A DNA stretch of 64,000 bases from Thermodesulfobacteriota bacterium. Lineage in GTDB: Bacteria; Desulfobacterota; Desulfobulbia; Desulfobulbales; SURF-16. Positions 41,862 to 50,691 of the stretch are shown one piece after another. Within the stretch, counting starts at the first letter, position 1; each line of letters starts with the position of its first letter. The translations under genes were made by a program, and so were the position numbers. Location: NCBI GenBank assembly GCA_040755455.1, contig JBFMAY010000005.1:1-64000 (forward strand), read 5' to 3'. The notes under the pieces were generated by a model that made no database searches, was not told where the DNA came from, and saw nothing but the letters and a program-made list of their open reading frames with translations.

Positions 41862-41898
41862 GCGTTTAAGCGTTTGAACGTTTCAACTTTTAAACGTT
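41840..41898. repeat. Degenerate 8-bp tandem repeat (TTTNAACG-like, about 7 units)
   Basis: ttcaagcg tttcaatg tttaggcg tttaagcg tttgaacg tttcaact tttaaacg. Confidence 0.65.
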
Positions 41899-42139
41899 GG
41901 CATCTTTCTTTACCCTTCGCTCTCCCCCCCATCCGTTATGTGCAACGTCAGCCGCACCGTGTTTCCTTCCTGATCCACCGGGCCATAAAGTTCCACATCA
42001 CAGCTGGTTTTCAGCCAGCACCTCCCGCACACTGTCCGGCAGATCCCGCGACTGCAGCAACTCTTCCTGAGACCGCATGAGAAAGGCGATGGGGCTTTTC
42101 AGGGCGTGGGATGCGCTGACAATGCTGTAGTTTTTTCGC

Positions 42140-42180
42140 TTGCATATTTTTTTTTGCGCACTAATATGACCACCTGGTCA
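42140..42180 (+). promoter_or_regulatory. Putative promoter and TetR-type operator
   Basis: ttgcat(42140)...taatat(42162); palindrome TGACCA-cc-TGGTCA at 42167-42180, 4 nt before the tetR ATG. Confidence 0.65.
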
Positions 42181-42184
42181 CATT

Positions 42185-42856
42185 ATGGAAAAGATACAGC
42201 AATTAGCACAAACGACATTCAGCAACCTGCCTCCGGAAAAACAGGAGAAAATCGTGGCCGCGGCGGTCAGGGAATTTGCCCGGCATGGGTATAAAAAAGC
42301 AAGCATCAATACCATTGTCAGGGAGGCGGGTATTGCCAAGGGATCTCTCTATCAGTACTTCCGGAACAAGGAGGTGCTCTTTGTCTTTATCTTTGAGCGT
42401 TTTACCCTGCTGGTAAAAAAGGCCGTGAAAGAGCAGGAAACCGGACTTGAGGATGACTTCTTCAACCAGGTCGGCCGGGTGCTGCTGGCCGGTATTGGAT
42501 TCGTTGACCGCCATCCTGATTATTTCCAGATTTATCTCAGGGTGCTGTTTGAGCAGGATGTGCCCATGCGGGAGAAGCTGCTGGCCCAGGTCCGGCTTTT
42601 TTCCAGGGAATACTTTGGGCCGCTGTGCCAGGCCGGGCAGAAAAGCGGTGCCATCCGCCGGGACATTCCGCTGGCTATGGTTATTTTTGTCCTTGACGCC
42701 ACCCTTGACCGCTTTTTGCAGAGTTATGCCCAGGGGGTTCTTGACCGCGATCTCGGCCTGACGCAGATCAGTAGCGAGGCGCTGCCTGCCCAGGTAAACA
42801 TGATGCTGCAGGTGTTACGAGAAGGACTGGCAGTCAGTGGTAACAGCAGTAATTGA
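42185..42856 (+). CDS. TetR/AcrR family transcriptional regulator
   Basis: F.NLP.EKQEKI..AA..EFA..GY..ASIN.IV..AGIAKGSLYQYF.NKE. Confidence 0.93.
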   Translation: MEKIQQLAQTTFSNLPPEKQEKIVAAAVREFARHGYKKASINTIVREAGIAKGSLYQYFRNKEVLFVFIFERFTLLVKKAVKEQETGLEDDFFNQVGRVLLAGIGFVDRHPDYFQIYLRVLFEQDVPMREKLLAQVRLFSREYFGPLCQAGQKSGAIRRDIPLAMVIFVLDATLDRFLQSYAQGVLDRDLGLTQISSEALPAQVNMMLQVLREGLAVSGNSSN

Positions 42857-42923
42857 GTGGTTTGATAAGAATTTGCGTGGCGTTGTGTAGACGCAGCAGA
42901 GCTAGCAAGGGAGCGACAATTTC

Positions 42924-44018
42924 ATGGACGCATATGTGGACAAGGCAGGGCTCGGTGATATCCAGCGGAAGATAAAAAATAACGAGCGGATCAGCCGGGA
43001 AGACGGCATCAGACTTTATCAGTCTCCCCATCTGCTGGCGGTGGGCTATCTGGCCAACATGGTGCGGGAGCGCGTCAACGGCGACAACGCCTACTTTATT
43101 TACAACCAGCATATCAACTATTCCAATATCTGCACCAACCTCTGTAAATTCTGCGCCTTCGGCAAGGCCAAGGATTCCGACAAGGCCTATGAGATGACCC
43201 GGGAGGAGGTGGCCCGCAAGGTGCGGGAGCGCATTGATGAGCCCATCACAGAGATCCACATGGTGGGCGGTATCCATCCGGATCTTCCCTTCAGCTACTA
43301 CACCGATCTGCTTAAGGAAATCAAAATGATCCGGCCGCAGGTCCATATCCAGGCCTTCACCTGCGTGGAGATTGATCATCTGGCCAGGCTTGCCGGCCAG
43401 CCGGTTGACCGGACCCTGGAAATTCTCATGGAGGCCGGGCTCGATTCCATCCCCGGCGGCGGCGCCGAGGTATTCAGCCCGCGCATCAGAAAATTGACCT
43501 GCGAAAGCAAACTTTCCGGCGAGGGATGGCTGGAGGTAGCCAAGACGGCCCATCGGTGCGGACTAAAAACCAATGCCACCATGCTCTACGGCCATATCGA
43601 GACGATCGAGGAGCGTATCGACCATCTCGACGCCCTGCGCCATGCCCAGGATGAGACCGGCGGCTTTCTGGCCTTTATTCCCCTGGCCTTTCATCCGAAA
43701 AATACGCAGCTGGCCGATCTGTCCCGCACCTCGGGCATGGATGACCTGAAAAACCTGGCCGTGGCCCGCTGCTTTCTCGATAATTTTCCCCACATCAAGG
43801 CCTACTGGGTGATGATCGGGCCGAAGCTGGCCCAGGTCGCCCTGTCCTTTGGCGCCGATGACGTGGACGGCACGGTGAAGGAGGAGATCATCACCCACAT
43901 GGCCGGGGCCGAGACCGAGCAGGCCATGTCCATTGATGAGCTGGTGCGGCTGATCAAGGAGGCGGGCCGTACGCCGGTGCAGCGCGGCACATTGTACGAT
44001 GTGATTAAGACGTATTAG
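42924..44018 (+). CDS. mqnE: Aminofutalosine synthase MqnE (radical SAM)
   Basis: HINYSNICTNLCKFCAF, EIHMVGG, PGGGAE, NATMLYGHIE, HIKAYWVM, FGADDVDGTV.EE.I.HMAG. Confidence 0.92.
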   Translation: MDAYVDKAGLGDIQRKIKNNERISREDGIRLYQSPHLLAVGYLANMVRERVNGDNAYFIYNQHINYSNICTNLCKFCAFGKAKDSDKAYEMTREEVARKVRERIDEPITEIHMVGGIHPDLPFSYYTDLLKEIKMIRPQVHIQAFTCVEIDHLARLAGQPVDRTLEILMEAGLDSIPGGGAEVFSPRIRKLTCESKLSGEGWLEVAKTAHRCGLKTNATMLYGHIETIEERIDHLDALRHAQDETGGFLAFIPLAFHPKNTQLADLSRTSGMDDLKNLAVARCFLDNFPHIKAYWVMIGPKLAQVALSFGADDVDGTVKEEIITHMAGAETEQAMSIDELVRLIKEAGRTPVQRGTLYDVIKTY

Positions 44019-44021
44019 GCT

Positions 44022-44137
44022 GACTGGTCTGGCTGGTCGGACTGATAAGGCCCGCTCCTCCGCACAGGATGGCATGCACACAACGTCAAGGACAGTAAGA
44101 CCAGTAGGACTAATCGGACTAAAAAGATTAATAAGAC
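44022..44137. repeat. Facing 9-bp tandem arrays with REP remnant (mqnE-mqnC spacer)
   Basis: Left gactggtct-type units; right cagtaagac/cagtaggac/taatcggac units; ggcccgctcct remnant at 44049. Confidence 0.6.
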
Positions 44138-44141
44138 CAAA

Positions 44142-45203
44142 ATGAACATGGAAAACATCATCAAGAAAGTCGAGGCAGGGCAGCGCATCAGCGGGGAAGA
44201 GGGGCTGCAGCTGCTGCGTGACGGGGATCTCTATCAGCTCGGCGGGCTTGCGGACACCATCCGCCAAAGGCTGCATCCCGAACCGCTGGTCACCTATGTG
44301 ATCGACCGCAATATCAATTACACGGACATCTGCATCTCCGCCTGTAAGTTCTGCGCCTTTTACAAGGCCCCGGAGGACGAGCGCGGCTCGGTGCTCACCT
44401 TTGACGAGCTGGGGCAGAAAATAGAAGAGACGAAGGAGCTGGGAGGCACCCAGATCCTGCTCCAGGGCGGGCTGCATCCGGACAAGCCGCTGGAGTTTTA
44501 TGAGGAGATGCTGCGCTTCATCAAGGGGTACGGCATCCACATTCACGGATTTTCCCCCCCCGAGGTCTGTCATTTTGCCAGTCTGTCGGGCTTAAGTGTC
44601 CGCGAGGTGCTCATCCGTCTGCGTAAGGCGGGGCTGGATTCCATCCCCGGCGGCGGGGCGGAGATCCTGTCCGACCGGGTGCGGCAGGAAACCGCGCCGC
44701 GCAAGTGTTCGGCCGATGCCTGGATCGCGGTGATGGAGGAGGCCCATAACTTGGGCATGCGCACCACGGCGACCATGATGTTCGGCCATATCGAAACCTT
44801 GAAGGAACGCATTGAGCATCTGGAGCGGGTCCGCAGCCTGCAGGACCGCACCGGGGGTTTCACCGCCTTTATTCCCTGGCCCTTCCAGCCCGACAATACG
44901 GTGTATGCCCATCTGCCGAAAACCACGGCCTTTGCCTATCTGAAGATGCTGGCCATGTCCCGCATCTATCTCGACAACATCGATAATATCCAGGCCTCCT
45001 GGGTGACCCAGGGGCCGAAGATCGCCCAGATTTCCCTGTTCTTCGGAGCCAATGATTTCGGCAGCACCATGATCGAGGAAAACGTGGTGGCCGCAGCCGG
45101 GGTGAGCTTCAGATTGTCCGAGGAGGAGATCCGCCGCATCGTCCGCGAGGCCGGATTCGCCCCCAGGCAGCGCAGGATGGATTATACGCTGGTTGCGGGG
45201 TAG
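44142..45203 (+). CDS. mqnC: Cyclic dehypoxanthinyl futalosine synthase MqnC
   Basis: VTYVIDRNINYTDIC...CKFCAFY, TQILLQGGLHP, TTATMMFGH, NIQASWVTQG, GANDFGSTMIEENVV. Confidence 0.93.
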   Translation: MNMENIIKKVEAGQRISGEEGLQLLRDGDLYQLGGLADTIRQRLHPEPLVTYVIDRNINYTDICISACKFCAFYKAPEDERGSVLTFDELGQKIEETKELGGTQILLQGGLHPDKPLEFYEEMLRFIKGYGIHIHGFSPPEVCHFASLSGLSVREVLIRLRKAGLDSIPGGGAEILSDRVRQETAPRKCSADAWIAVMEEAHNLGMRTTATMMFGHIETLKERIEHLERVRSLQDRTGGFTAFIPWPFQPDNTVYAHLPKTTAFAYLKMLAMSRIYLDNIDNIQASWVTQGPKIAQISLFFGANDFGSTMIEENVVAAAGVSFRLSEEEIRRIVREAGFAPRQRRMDYTLVAG

Positions 45204-45211
45204 ACAAGGCC

Positions 45212-46405
45212 ATGCTGCTTGTGCACAGAGCGCCGGTGGTGCTGCCGATTTCCGCCCCGCCCATCAGCGATGGGGCCGTGCTCACCGACGGCGGGGTCAT
45301 TGTCGAGGTCGGCCCCTATGCCCATCTCAAGGGCAGGGGACAGGTGCAGGACCATGAGGGGGCAATGCTGCTGCCGGCCCTGATCAACTGTCATGCCCAC
45401 CTGGAATTGTCCCATCTGGCTGATCTCGGCCAAGGCCCCCCCCAACAGGGCGATATGACCGGCTGGATCGGTGGACTGCTGGCGGCCCGGCAGCATGCGG
45501 CTGCTGACGGATTTGCCGCGGCCCGGCTCGCCTTGGACGCCTTGCATCAGCAGGGGGTGGGCTGCGTGGCCGATATCGGCAATCTGTCTGACAGCGAAAA
45601 AATCGGCGAGGGGCATGCGGTAGAGGTCATTTTTTTTCTTGAGATGCTGGGTTTCTCCGCTCATTCGGGGGCCAATGCCCTGGCCAGGATGCAGCAGTGC
45701 CCCTGGGACTGCACCAGCCATGCTCCCTATACCAATCATGCCCTTCTGCTGGTTGCGGCAAAGCAGCGGGCGCGGAGCAGAAAGCATATTTTCCCCATCC
45801 ATGTGGCGGAATCCCGGGCGGAAATCGATTTTCTGCTGGACGGCTCCGGCCCCCTGCGCCCCTTTATCGAGGAGCGGGGCTTCTGGGATGGCTCCTTTAT
45901 CCCCCCCGGCTGCGGGGCGGTCACCTACCTTGACCGGCTGGGCATTATCGATGGGCAGACCGTGTGCGTGCATTGCGTGCATGTGACGGACGATGAAATA
46001 GCATTGCTTGCCGCAAGGCGCGCCAGGGTGTGTTTGTGTCCGGGCAGCAACAGGCATCTGGGGGTGGGCCGGGCGCCGGTGGAAAAAATGGTGAGGGCGG
46101 GCATAGTGCTCGGCCTGGGCACCGACAGTCTGGCCAGCAATCCGCAGCTCTCCATCTGGGAGGAGATGCGCCTGGTGCGCGAGGATCATCCCCAGCTTGC
46201 CCCGAGAGCGGTGCTGGCCATGGCGACAGGAGGCGGTGCCCGCTGTCTTGCCGTCCCTGACCTTGGTGAACTGGCCCCTGGCCGCAAGGCCGCGATCATC
46301 GCCGTGGAAGCTCAGGGGATAACGGCCGGCAATGCCGATGATTTTCTGACCAGCGCGGGAAAAGGCGTTCGTGTCCGCTGGGTTGAGGGGGGGCGGGTGA
46401 GATGA
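45212..46405 (+). CDS. Metal-dependent amidohydrolase, probable aminodeoxyfutalosine deaminase
   Basis: NCHAHLELS, HAPYT, HVAES..E, VHCVH, CPGSN, LGTDSLASN; located within the mqn cluster. Confidence 0.85.
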   Translation: MLLVHRAPVVLPISAPPISDGAVLTDGGVIVEVGPYAHLKGRGQVQDHEGAMLLPALINCHAHLELSHLADLGQGPPQQGDMTGWIGGLLAARQHAAADGFAAARLALDALHQQGVGCVADIGNLSDSEKIGEGHAVEVIFFLEMLGFSAHSGANALARMQQCPWDCTSHAPYTNHALLLVAAKQRARSRKHIFPIHVAESRAEIDFLLDGSGPLRPFIEERGFWDGSFIPPGCGAVTYLDRLGIIDGQTVCVHCVHVTDDEIALLAARRARVCLCPGSNRHLGVGRAPVEKMVRAGIVLGLGTDSLASNPQLSIWEEMRLVREDHPQLAPRAVLAMATGGGARCLAVPDLGELAPGRKAAIIAVEAQGITAGNADDFLTSAGKGVRVRWVEGGRVR

Positions 46406-47217
46406 CGGCGCGTATCGGCATGGTCAACTTTATCAACACGGCGCCGCTCTATGTGATCTGGCAGCAGCGGGTGGCACGGCCGGACTGGCTGGTCACCGAG
46501 GGGGCGCCGACCACTTTGAACAGGATGCTCTGCCACAATGAGCTGGACCTGGGCTTTGTCTCCTCCCATGAATATGCGGCCCATCCCCATCTGTACCGGA
46601 TCATGGAGGATATTTCCATCAGCTCCTCCGGCCCGGTGGGCAGTGTTTTTCTTTTTTCCACCGTGGCCCCGGAAAGACTGGCGGGCCGGAATGTGCGGCT
46701 GAGCACCCAGTCGCAGACCTCGGTGGCCCTGGTCAAGATCATTCTGGAGGAGTTTTACCGGGTGCAACCCATTTACCACCCCGGAAACCAGACGGAAAAC
46801 ATTGAGGTAAGCGGGGTGCTGGCCATTGGCGATGAGGCCCTGCGGCTGAAAACCAGCGGGGTTTATCCCTTCTGTCTTGATCTGGGGGAGAACTGGCTGC
46901 AGCACACCGGACTTCCCTTTGTCTTCGCCGTCTGGGCGGTACGGGAGGATTTTTTTGCCGCAAGTCCCCGCTGCGTCGGTGAAATCCGGGCGGAGCTGCT
47001 GTCCTGTATCCGCCAGGGTAAGGAAGAACTGTATGCAATCTGCAGCCACGTGGCGCCGCGTATTCCCATGGCCGTCGATTCATGTTATAGGTATCTCCGC
47101 GGCATTGAATATGATCTTTCCCCACGGAAAATGCAGGCCCTCACGCTTTTTTTTGATTTTTTGATCAAACGCGGCGAGGCCCCTGCTGCGGCCCTGCCGG
47201 TAAAATTATGTAGATGA
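46402..47217 (+). CDS. mqnA: Chorismate dehydratase MqnA
   Basis: RIG.VNFINT.PLY, S.GPVGSV.LFS, S.TSV.L, L.IGDEAL, DLG..W...TGLPFVFAVW. Confidence 0.9.
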   Translation: MTARIGMVNFINTAPLYVIWQQRVARPDWLVTEGAPTTLNRMLCHNELDLGFVSSHEYAAHPHLYRIMEDISISSSGPVGSVFLFSTVAPERLAGRNVRLSTQSQTSVALVKIILEEFYRVQPIYHPGNQTENIEVSGVLAIGDEALRLKTSGVYPFCLDLGENWLQHTGLPFVFAVWAVREDFFAASPRCVGEIRAELLSCIRQGKEELYAICSHVAPRIPMAVDSCYRYLRGIEYDLSPRKMQALTLFFDFLIKRGEAPAAALPVKLCR

Positions 47218-47427
47218 CTGGTCTTACTGGTCTTACTGGCCGCACTGGTTTCACTGGTCGGGCTGGTCAGCTTGTTTTTTCAAGTAGGAGCGGGGCCATG
47301 CCCGCGATAACGGTGTTTCTTAATACCAAAGGTCGCGGGCATGGCCCTCTCCTGCACCGCGAGCTGCGACGGAGTGAGACAATAGCATAAGCCGGATCAG
47401 TAAGACTAATAAGACCAGTAGGACTAA
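47217..47427. repeat. REPIN (REP doublet) flanked by inverted 9-bp tandem arrays
   Basis: gtaggagcggggccatgcccgcga(47284-47307)...tcgcgggcatggccctctcctgc(47333-47355); (actggtctt)n on the left, (cagtaagac)n on the right. Confidence 0.75.
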
Positions 47428-47432
47428 CAACA

Positions 47433-48140
47433 ATGCAAACTCCGGATGAAAAGAAAACATTCGTCAAAGAAAAGTTTTCTTCCATCAGTCATAAATATGA
47501 TTTTTTGAATTCACTGCTCAGTTTCCAGATCGACCGTTACTGGCGCTGGGTCACCACCAGGGAACTGAAGATGTTTCCCGACGGGGCGGTGCTCGATCTC
47601 TGCGCCGGGACCCTGCCCCTTTCCCTGGAGCTGACCAGGCAGGCCCCCGCCCGGCAGGTGGTGGCCATCGATTTCTGCGAGGACATGCTGCGGGCTGGAA
47701 TTAAAACCCTGCCCGCGGACGGCCGGCGGCAGCGCATCTTCCCGGTGTGCGGGGACGGGGAAAAGATCCCGGCCCGGGATGCCAGTTTCTGGGGGATAAC
47801 CGTGGCCTTCGGCGTCCGCAATCTGGGCCGCACCCAGGATGGCCTAAATGAGATGCACCGGGTGCTGAGACCAGGCGGCAAGCTGCTCATCCTGGAATTT
47901 TCCAGGCCGCAGAATGTCATCGTCAAACCGGTTTACCGTTTTTACCTGAACACGGTGCTGCCGAAGGTTGCCGGGGTGGTCTCCGGCGATAAGGAGGCCT
48001 ATGAGTATCTGGCCAGCTCCATTGCCGGATTTTATGAGCCGGAAGAGCTGCTGGGCATGATGAAAAAGGCCGGCTTTGCCGAGGTATCCCGCAGGCCGCT
48101 GACCTTCGGCATTGTTTCCGTGTACATAGGCGTCAAATGA
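47433..48140 (+). CDS. menG: Demethylmenaquinone methyltransferase (UbiE/MenG)
   Basis: YDFLN.LLSF.ID..WR, VLDLCAGT, AFGVRN, EM.RVLRPGG.L.ILEFS, AYEYL..SI. Confidence 0.9.
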   Translation: MQTPDEKKTFVKEKFSSISHKYDFLNSLLSFQIDRYWRWVTTRELKMFPDGAVLDLCAGTLPLSLELTRQAPARQVVAIDFCEDMLRAGIKTLPADGRRQRIFPVCGDGEKIPARDASFWGITVAFGVRNLGRTQDGLNEMHRVLRPGGKLLILEFSRPQNVIVKPVYRFYLNTVLPKVAGVVSGDKEAYEYLASSIAGFYEPEELLGMMKKAGFAEVSRRPLTFGIVSVYIGVK

Positions 48141-48700
48141 AAAAGATTATTCTGGCAATAACCGGGGCCAGCGGCTCTCTCTATGCCGTGGAGTTTCTGC
48201 GGCTGGTGAGCGGGCTGGACGTGGAGGTGCACGGCGTTATCTCCAGGGCCGGCGAGAAGGTTCTCGGACTCGAGGAGAGACTCGCCCCCCACGAGCTGAC
48301 CGCCGTGCACAAATGGTATGCCATTGACAACCTGGCCGCGCCCATGGCCAGCGGGTCGGCCCGCTATGATGCCATGGTGGTGTTGCCCTGCACCATGGGG
48401 ACGCTGGCGGCCATCGCGGGTGGCCTGTCGATCAATCTCATCCACCGGGCAGCCGACGTGATGCTGAAAGAGAGAAGGCCCCTGGTGCTCGCCGTGCGAG
48501 AAACCCCGTTTAACCGGACCCACCTGCAGAATATGCTGGCCGCCTCGGATGCCGGGGCCATCATCTGTCCGGCCATGCCGGCCTTTTATCACCTGCCGGA
48601 AAATCTGCGGGACATGGCCCGTCATTTCGCCGGCCGGGTGGCGGCCCAGATCGGACTAAAGGTTCCGGGACTTAAAGAGTGGAGTGGTATCGATGTTTAA
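48137..48700 (+). CDS. ubiX: Flavin prenyltransferase UbiX
   Basis: ITGASG, ASGS, PC.MGTLA.IA.G...NLI.RAADV.LKERR.L.L.VRETP. Confidence 0.93.
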   Translation: MKKIILAITGASGSLYAVEFLRLVSGLDVEVHGVISRAGEKVLGLEERLAPHELTAVHKWYAIDNLAAPMASGSARYDAMVVLPCTMGTLAAIAGGLSINLIHRAADVMLKERRPLVLAVRETPFNRTHLQNMLAASDAGAIICPAMPAFYHLPENLRDMARHFAGRVAAQIGLKVPGLKEWSGIDV

Positions 48701-49547
48701 AAAGATTGCCATACTGCTGGAAATGATCAAATTCGAGCATTCGGTTTTTGCCCTGCCCTTTGCCCTCATGGGGGCCTTTCTGGCCCAGGGCGGGGTGCCG
48801 CGGGGAATAGTCTTTTTCTGGGTGGTGATGGCCATGGTGGGGGCGCGGACCTGCGCCATGGGGTTTAACCGCATTGCCGATGCCAGGTTTGACCGGGAAA
48901 ATCCCCGCACCGCCGACCGGGCCATCCCGGCCGGCTCAGTGCGGATGTGGGAGGCCTGGGCCATGGTTATTGTGGCAGGGCTGCTCTTTTTTTTCGCCTG
49001 TTTTCAGCTCAATCCGCTCACCTTCAAACTCTCGCCCCTGGCCCTGAGCCTGACCCTGTTTTATTCCGTGACCAAGCGTTTCACCTGGCTCTGCCATGTG
49101 GTGCTGGGCATTGCCCTGGCCTTTTCCCCGCTGGGCGGCTTTGTGGCGGTAAAGGGCACCCTGGCCGGGTTCCCCTGGGCCCTTTCCCTGGGGGTTCTTT
49201 TCTGGGTGACCGGCTTTGATACGGTCTATGCCTGCCTGGATGCTGATTTTGACCGGCAGGCCGGGCTTTTTTCCCTGCCGGCCCGGTTCGGCCGGGCAAG
49301 GGCCTTCCGCATGGCGGTCTCTTTTCACGTGCTGGCCTTTGCCCTTTTTGTGGCGACAGGCATCACCTGTCGGCTCAATTATTTCTATTATATCGGCATT
49401 GTGTTGACTGCCGGCGCCCTTTTTTACCAGCATCTCATTGTCAATCCCAAAAACCTTTCCCGCATCAACATGTCGTTTTTCACCATGAACGGGCTGATCA
49501 GCCTGACCCTCTTTGTCGTTACCTGGCTGTCGCTGGTAACAGGTTGA
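48693..49547 (+). CDS. mqnP: UbiA-like polyprenyltransferase of the futalosine pathway
   Basis: IKFEHSVFALPFA, AMVGART.AMGFNR.AD..FD.ENPRT..R.IP.G, GFD.VYAC.D. Confidence 0.88.
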   Translation: MFKKIAILLEMIKFEHSVFALPFALMGAFLAQGGVPRGIVFFWVVMAMVGARTCAMGFNRIADARFDRENPRTADRAIPAGSVRMWEAWAMVIVAGLLFFFACFQLNPLTFKLSPLALSLTLFYSVTKRFTWLCHVVLGIALAFSPLGGFVAVKGTLAGFPWALSLGVLFWVTGFDTVYACLDADFDRQAGLFSLPARFGRARAFRMAVSFHVLAFALFVATGITCRLNYFYYIGIVLTAGALFYQHLIVNPKNLSRINMSFFTMNGLISLTLFVVTWLSLVTG

Positions 49548-49767
49548 CAAAATCTTCAAGAAAGTCATAAATATAAGTATCAATATATCGCAGCGGATTG
49601 ATACTGAAGCTGCTCATGACGGGATTTGAGAGCTTATTTACGGACAAGCTCTTAGTCGATCCGCCTGACGGAATTGGCTTTCGCGTTTCCGTGACAGGGG
49701 GTGATCCGGATTCGACTTGATCAGCCGATCCGTCCCTATGCCGCAAAATACCAGCTGGAAAAGAACA

Positions 49768-50691
49768 ATGCCGAAAATAAAAATTTTCACTGCCAAAAAT
49801 GTTCAGCAGTATGGTTTTACCGCCGGGGAAATCGATGCTTTGAACGCTGAATGGGAGCTACAGGCGTCAGAGCTTGGCCTGGAAGAGCATCTTCCTGAAT
49901 ATTGGCAGCAAGCAAAGCGTCATATGAGTGAAAAGCTTGCCGGCCGGGTCGCCGGGTGTCCCGCGGAAGGTGAGAATAAACAGTTGGATGGGGCACCGGT
50001 CGAGCTGCCTTCTCTTGATGTGGATCTTGCTGATTTCGATATTGCCGGTGCAAGTGAAATAACGGCTGTTGATCTATCCGATGAGGAACTTGAGGTGGAA
50101 TTCCTGGCCGATGAACTGTCCGGGCTGGAATCAATTCCTGGTGATGATCTGGAGCTCGAGATAATCCCTGAATGGCAGACGGTTTCTCTTGGGGAGATGG
50201 CTGAGGAATCCGCGGCGGTAGAAGAGTTGGAATTAGAGGAGAAAGAAGCTGCTCAGGAGCTGACGCTTGCTGCTGAAGAAATGGCTGAGGAGGACAAATC
50301 TGCCGAAGAGTTTGCGGCAGTTGCAGAACCGGAAATAGAGGTGGAGGAAGCTGCGCCGGAACTGACGCTTGCTGGTGAAGAAATGGCTGTGGAGGGAAAA
50401 CAGGCCGAAGAGCCGGCAATAGCCGCAGAACCTGAATTGGAAAAGGAAGAAGCAGTTCCGGAGCCGCCGGTTGCTGTTGAAGAATGGATTGAAGAGATGG
50501 CTGCCGGGGAAAAGATCGTGCCGGTTGCAGAGCCGGAGTTAGAGCCGGTGGATACGGCAGCGCTGCCGGAAACCGCAGTGGAAGAAGCAGTTCGCGCGGC
50601 AATTGCCGAGGAAGGGCCTGCCCCGTTTGCAGAGCAGAAAAAGGAATCGTTTTTTGGAAAAATTATCGCCCGCCTGAAAAGGATGTTCTGA
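49768..50691 (+). CDS. Highly acidic low-complexity protein with 34-aa repeats and basic amphipathic C-terminus
   Basis: Long E/A-rich ORF; 102-bp periodicity (ctgacgcttgctg at 50260 and 50362); ends FFGKIIARLKRMF; start uncertain (49738/49768). Confidence 0.75.
   Translation: MPKIKIFTAKNVQQYGFTAGEIDALNAEWELQASELGLEEHLPEYWQQAKRHMSEKLAGRVAGCPAEGENKQLDGAPVELPSLDVDLADFDIAGASEITAVDLSDEELEVEFLADELSGLESIPGDDLELEIIPEWQTVSLGEMAEESAAVEELELEEKEAAQELTLAAEEMAEEDKSAEEFAAVAEPEIEVEEAAPELTLAGEEMAVEGKQAEEPAIAAEPELEKEEAVPEPPVAVEEWIEEMAAGEKIVPVAEPELEPVDTAALPETAVEEAVRAAIAEEGPAPFAEQKKESFFGKIIARLKRMF

Noticed and set aside
44022..47427. Possible CRISPR-like arrays in mqn spacers
   Set aside because: Units are 9-bp tandem repeats without unique spacers; no cas genes.
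49697..49830. tmRNA-like 5' end (gggggtgatccggattcgac) with a vaguely tag-like downstream peptide (AKNVQQYGFTA)
   Set aside because: No stop after the supposed tag and no T-arm/acceptor CCA end downstream or upstream (permuted form). The motif is already explained as one strand of a local stem, and the peptide is part of a long ORF.
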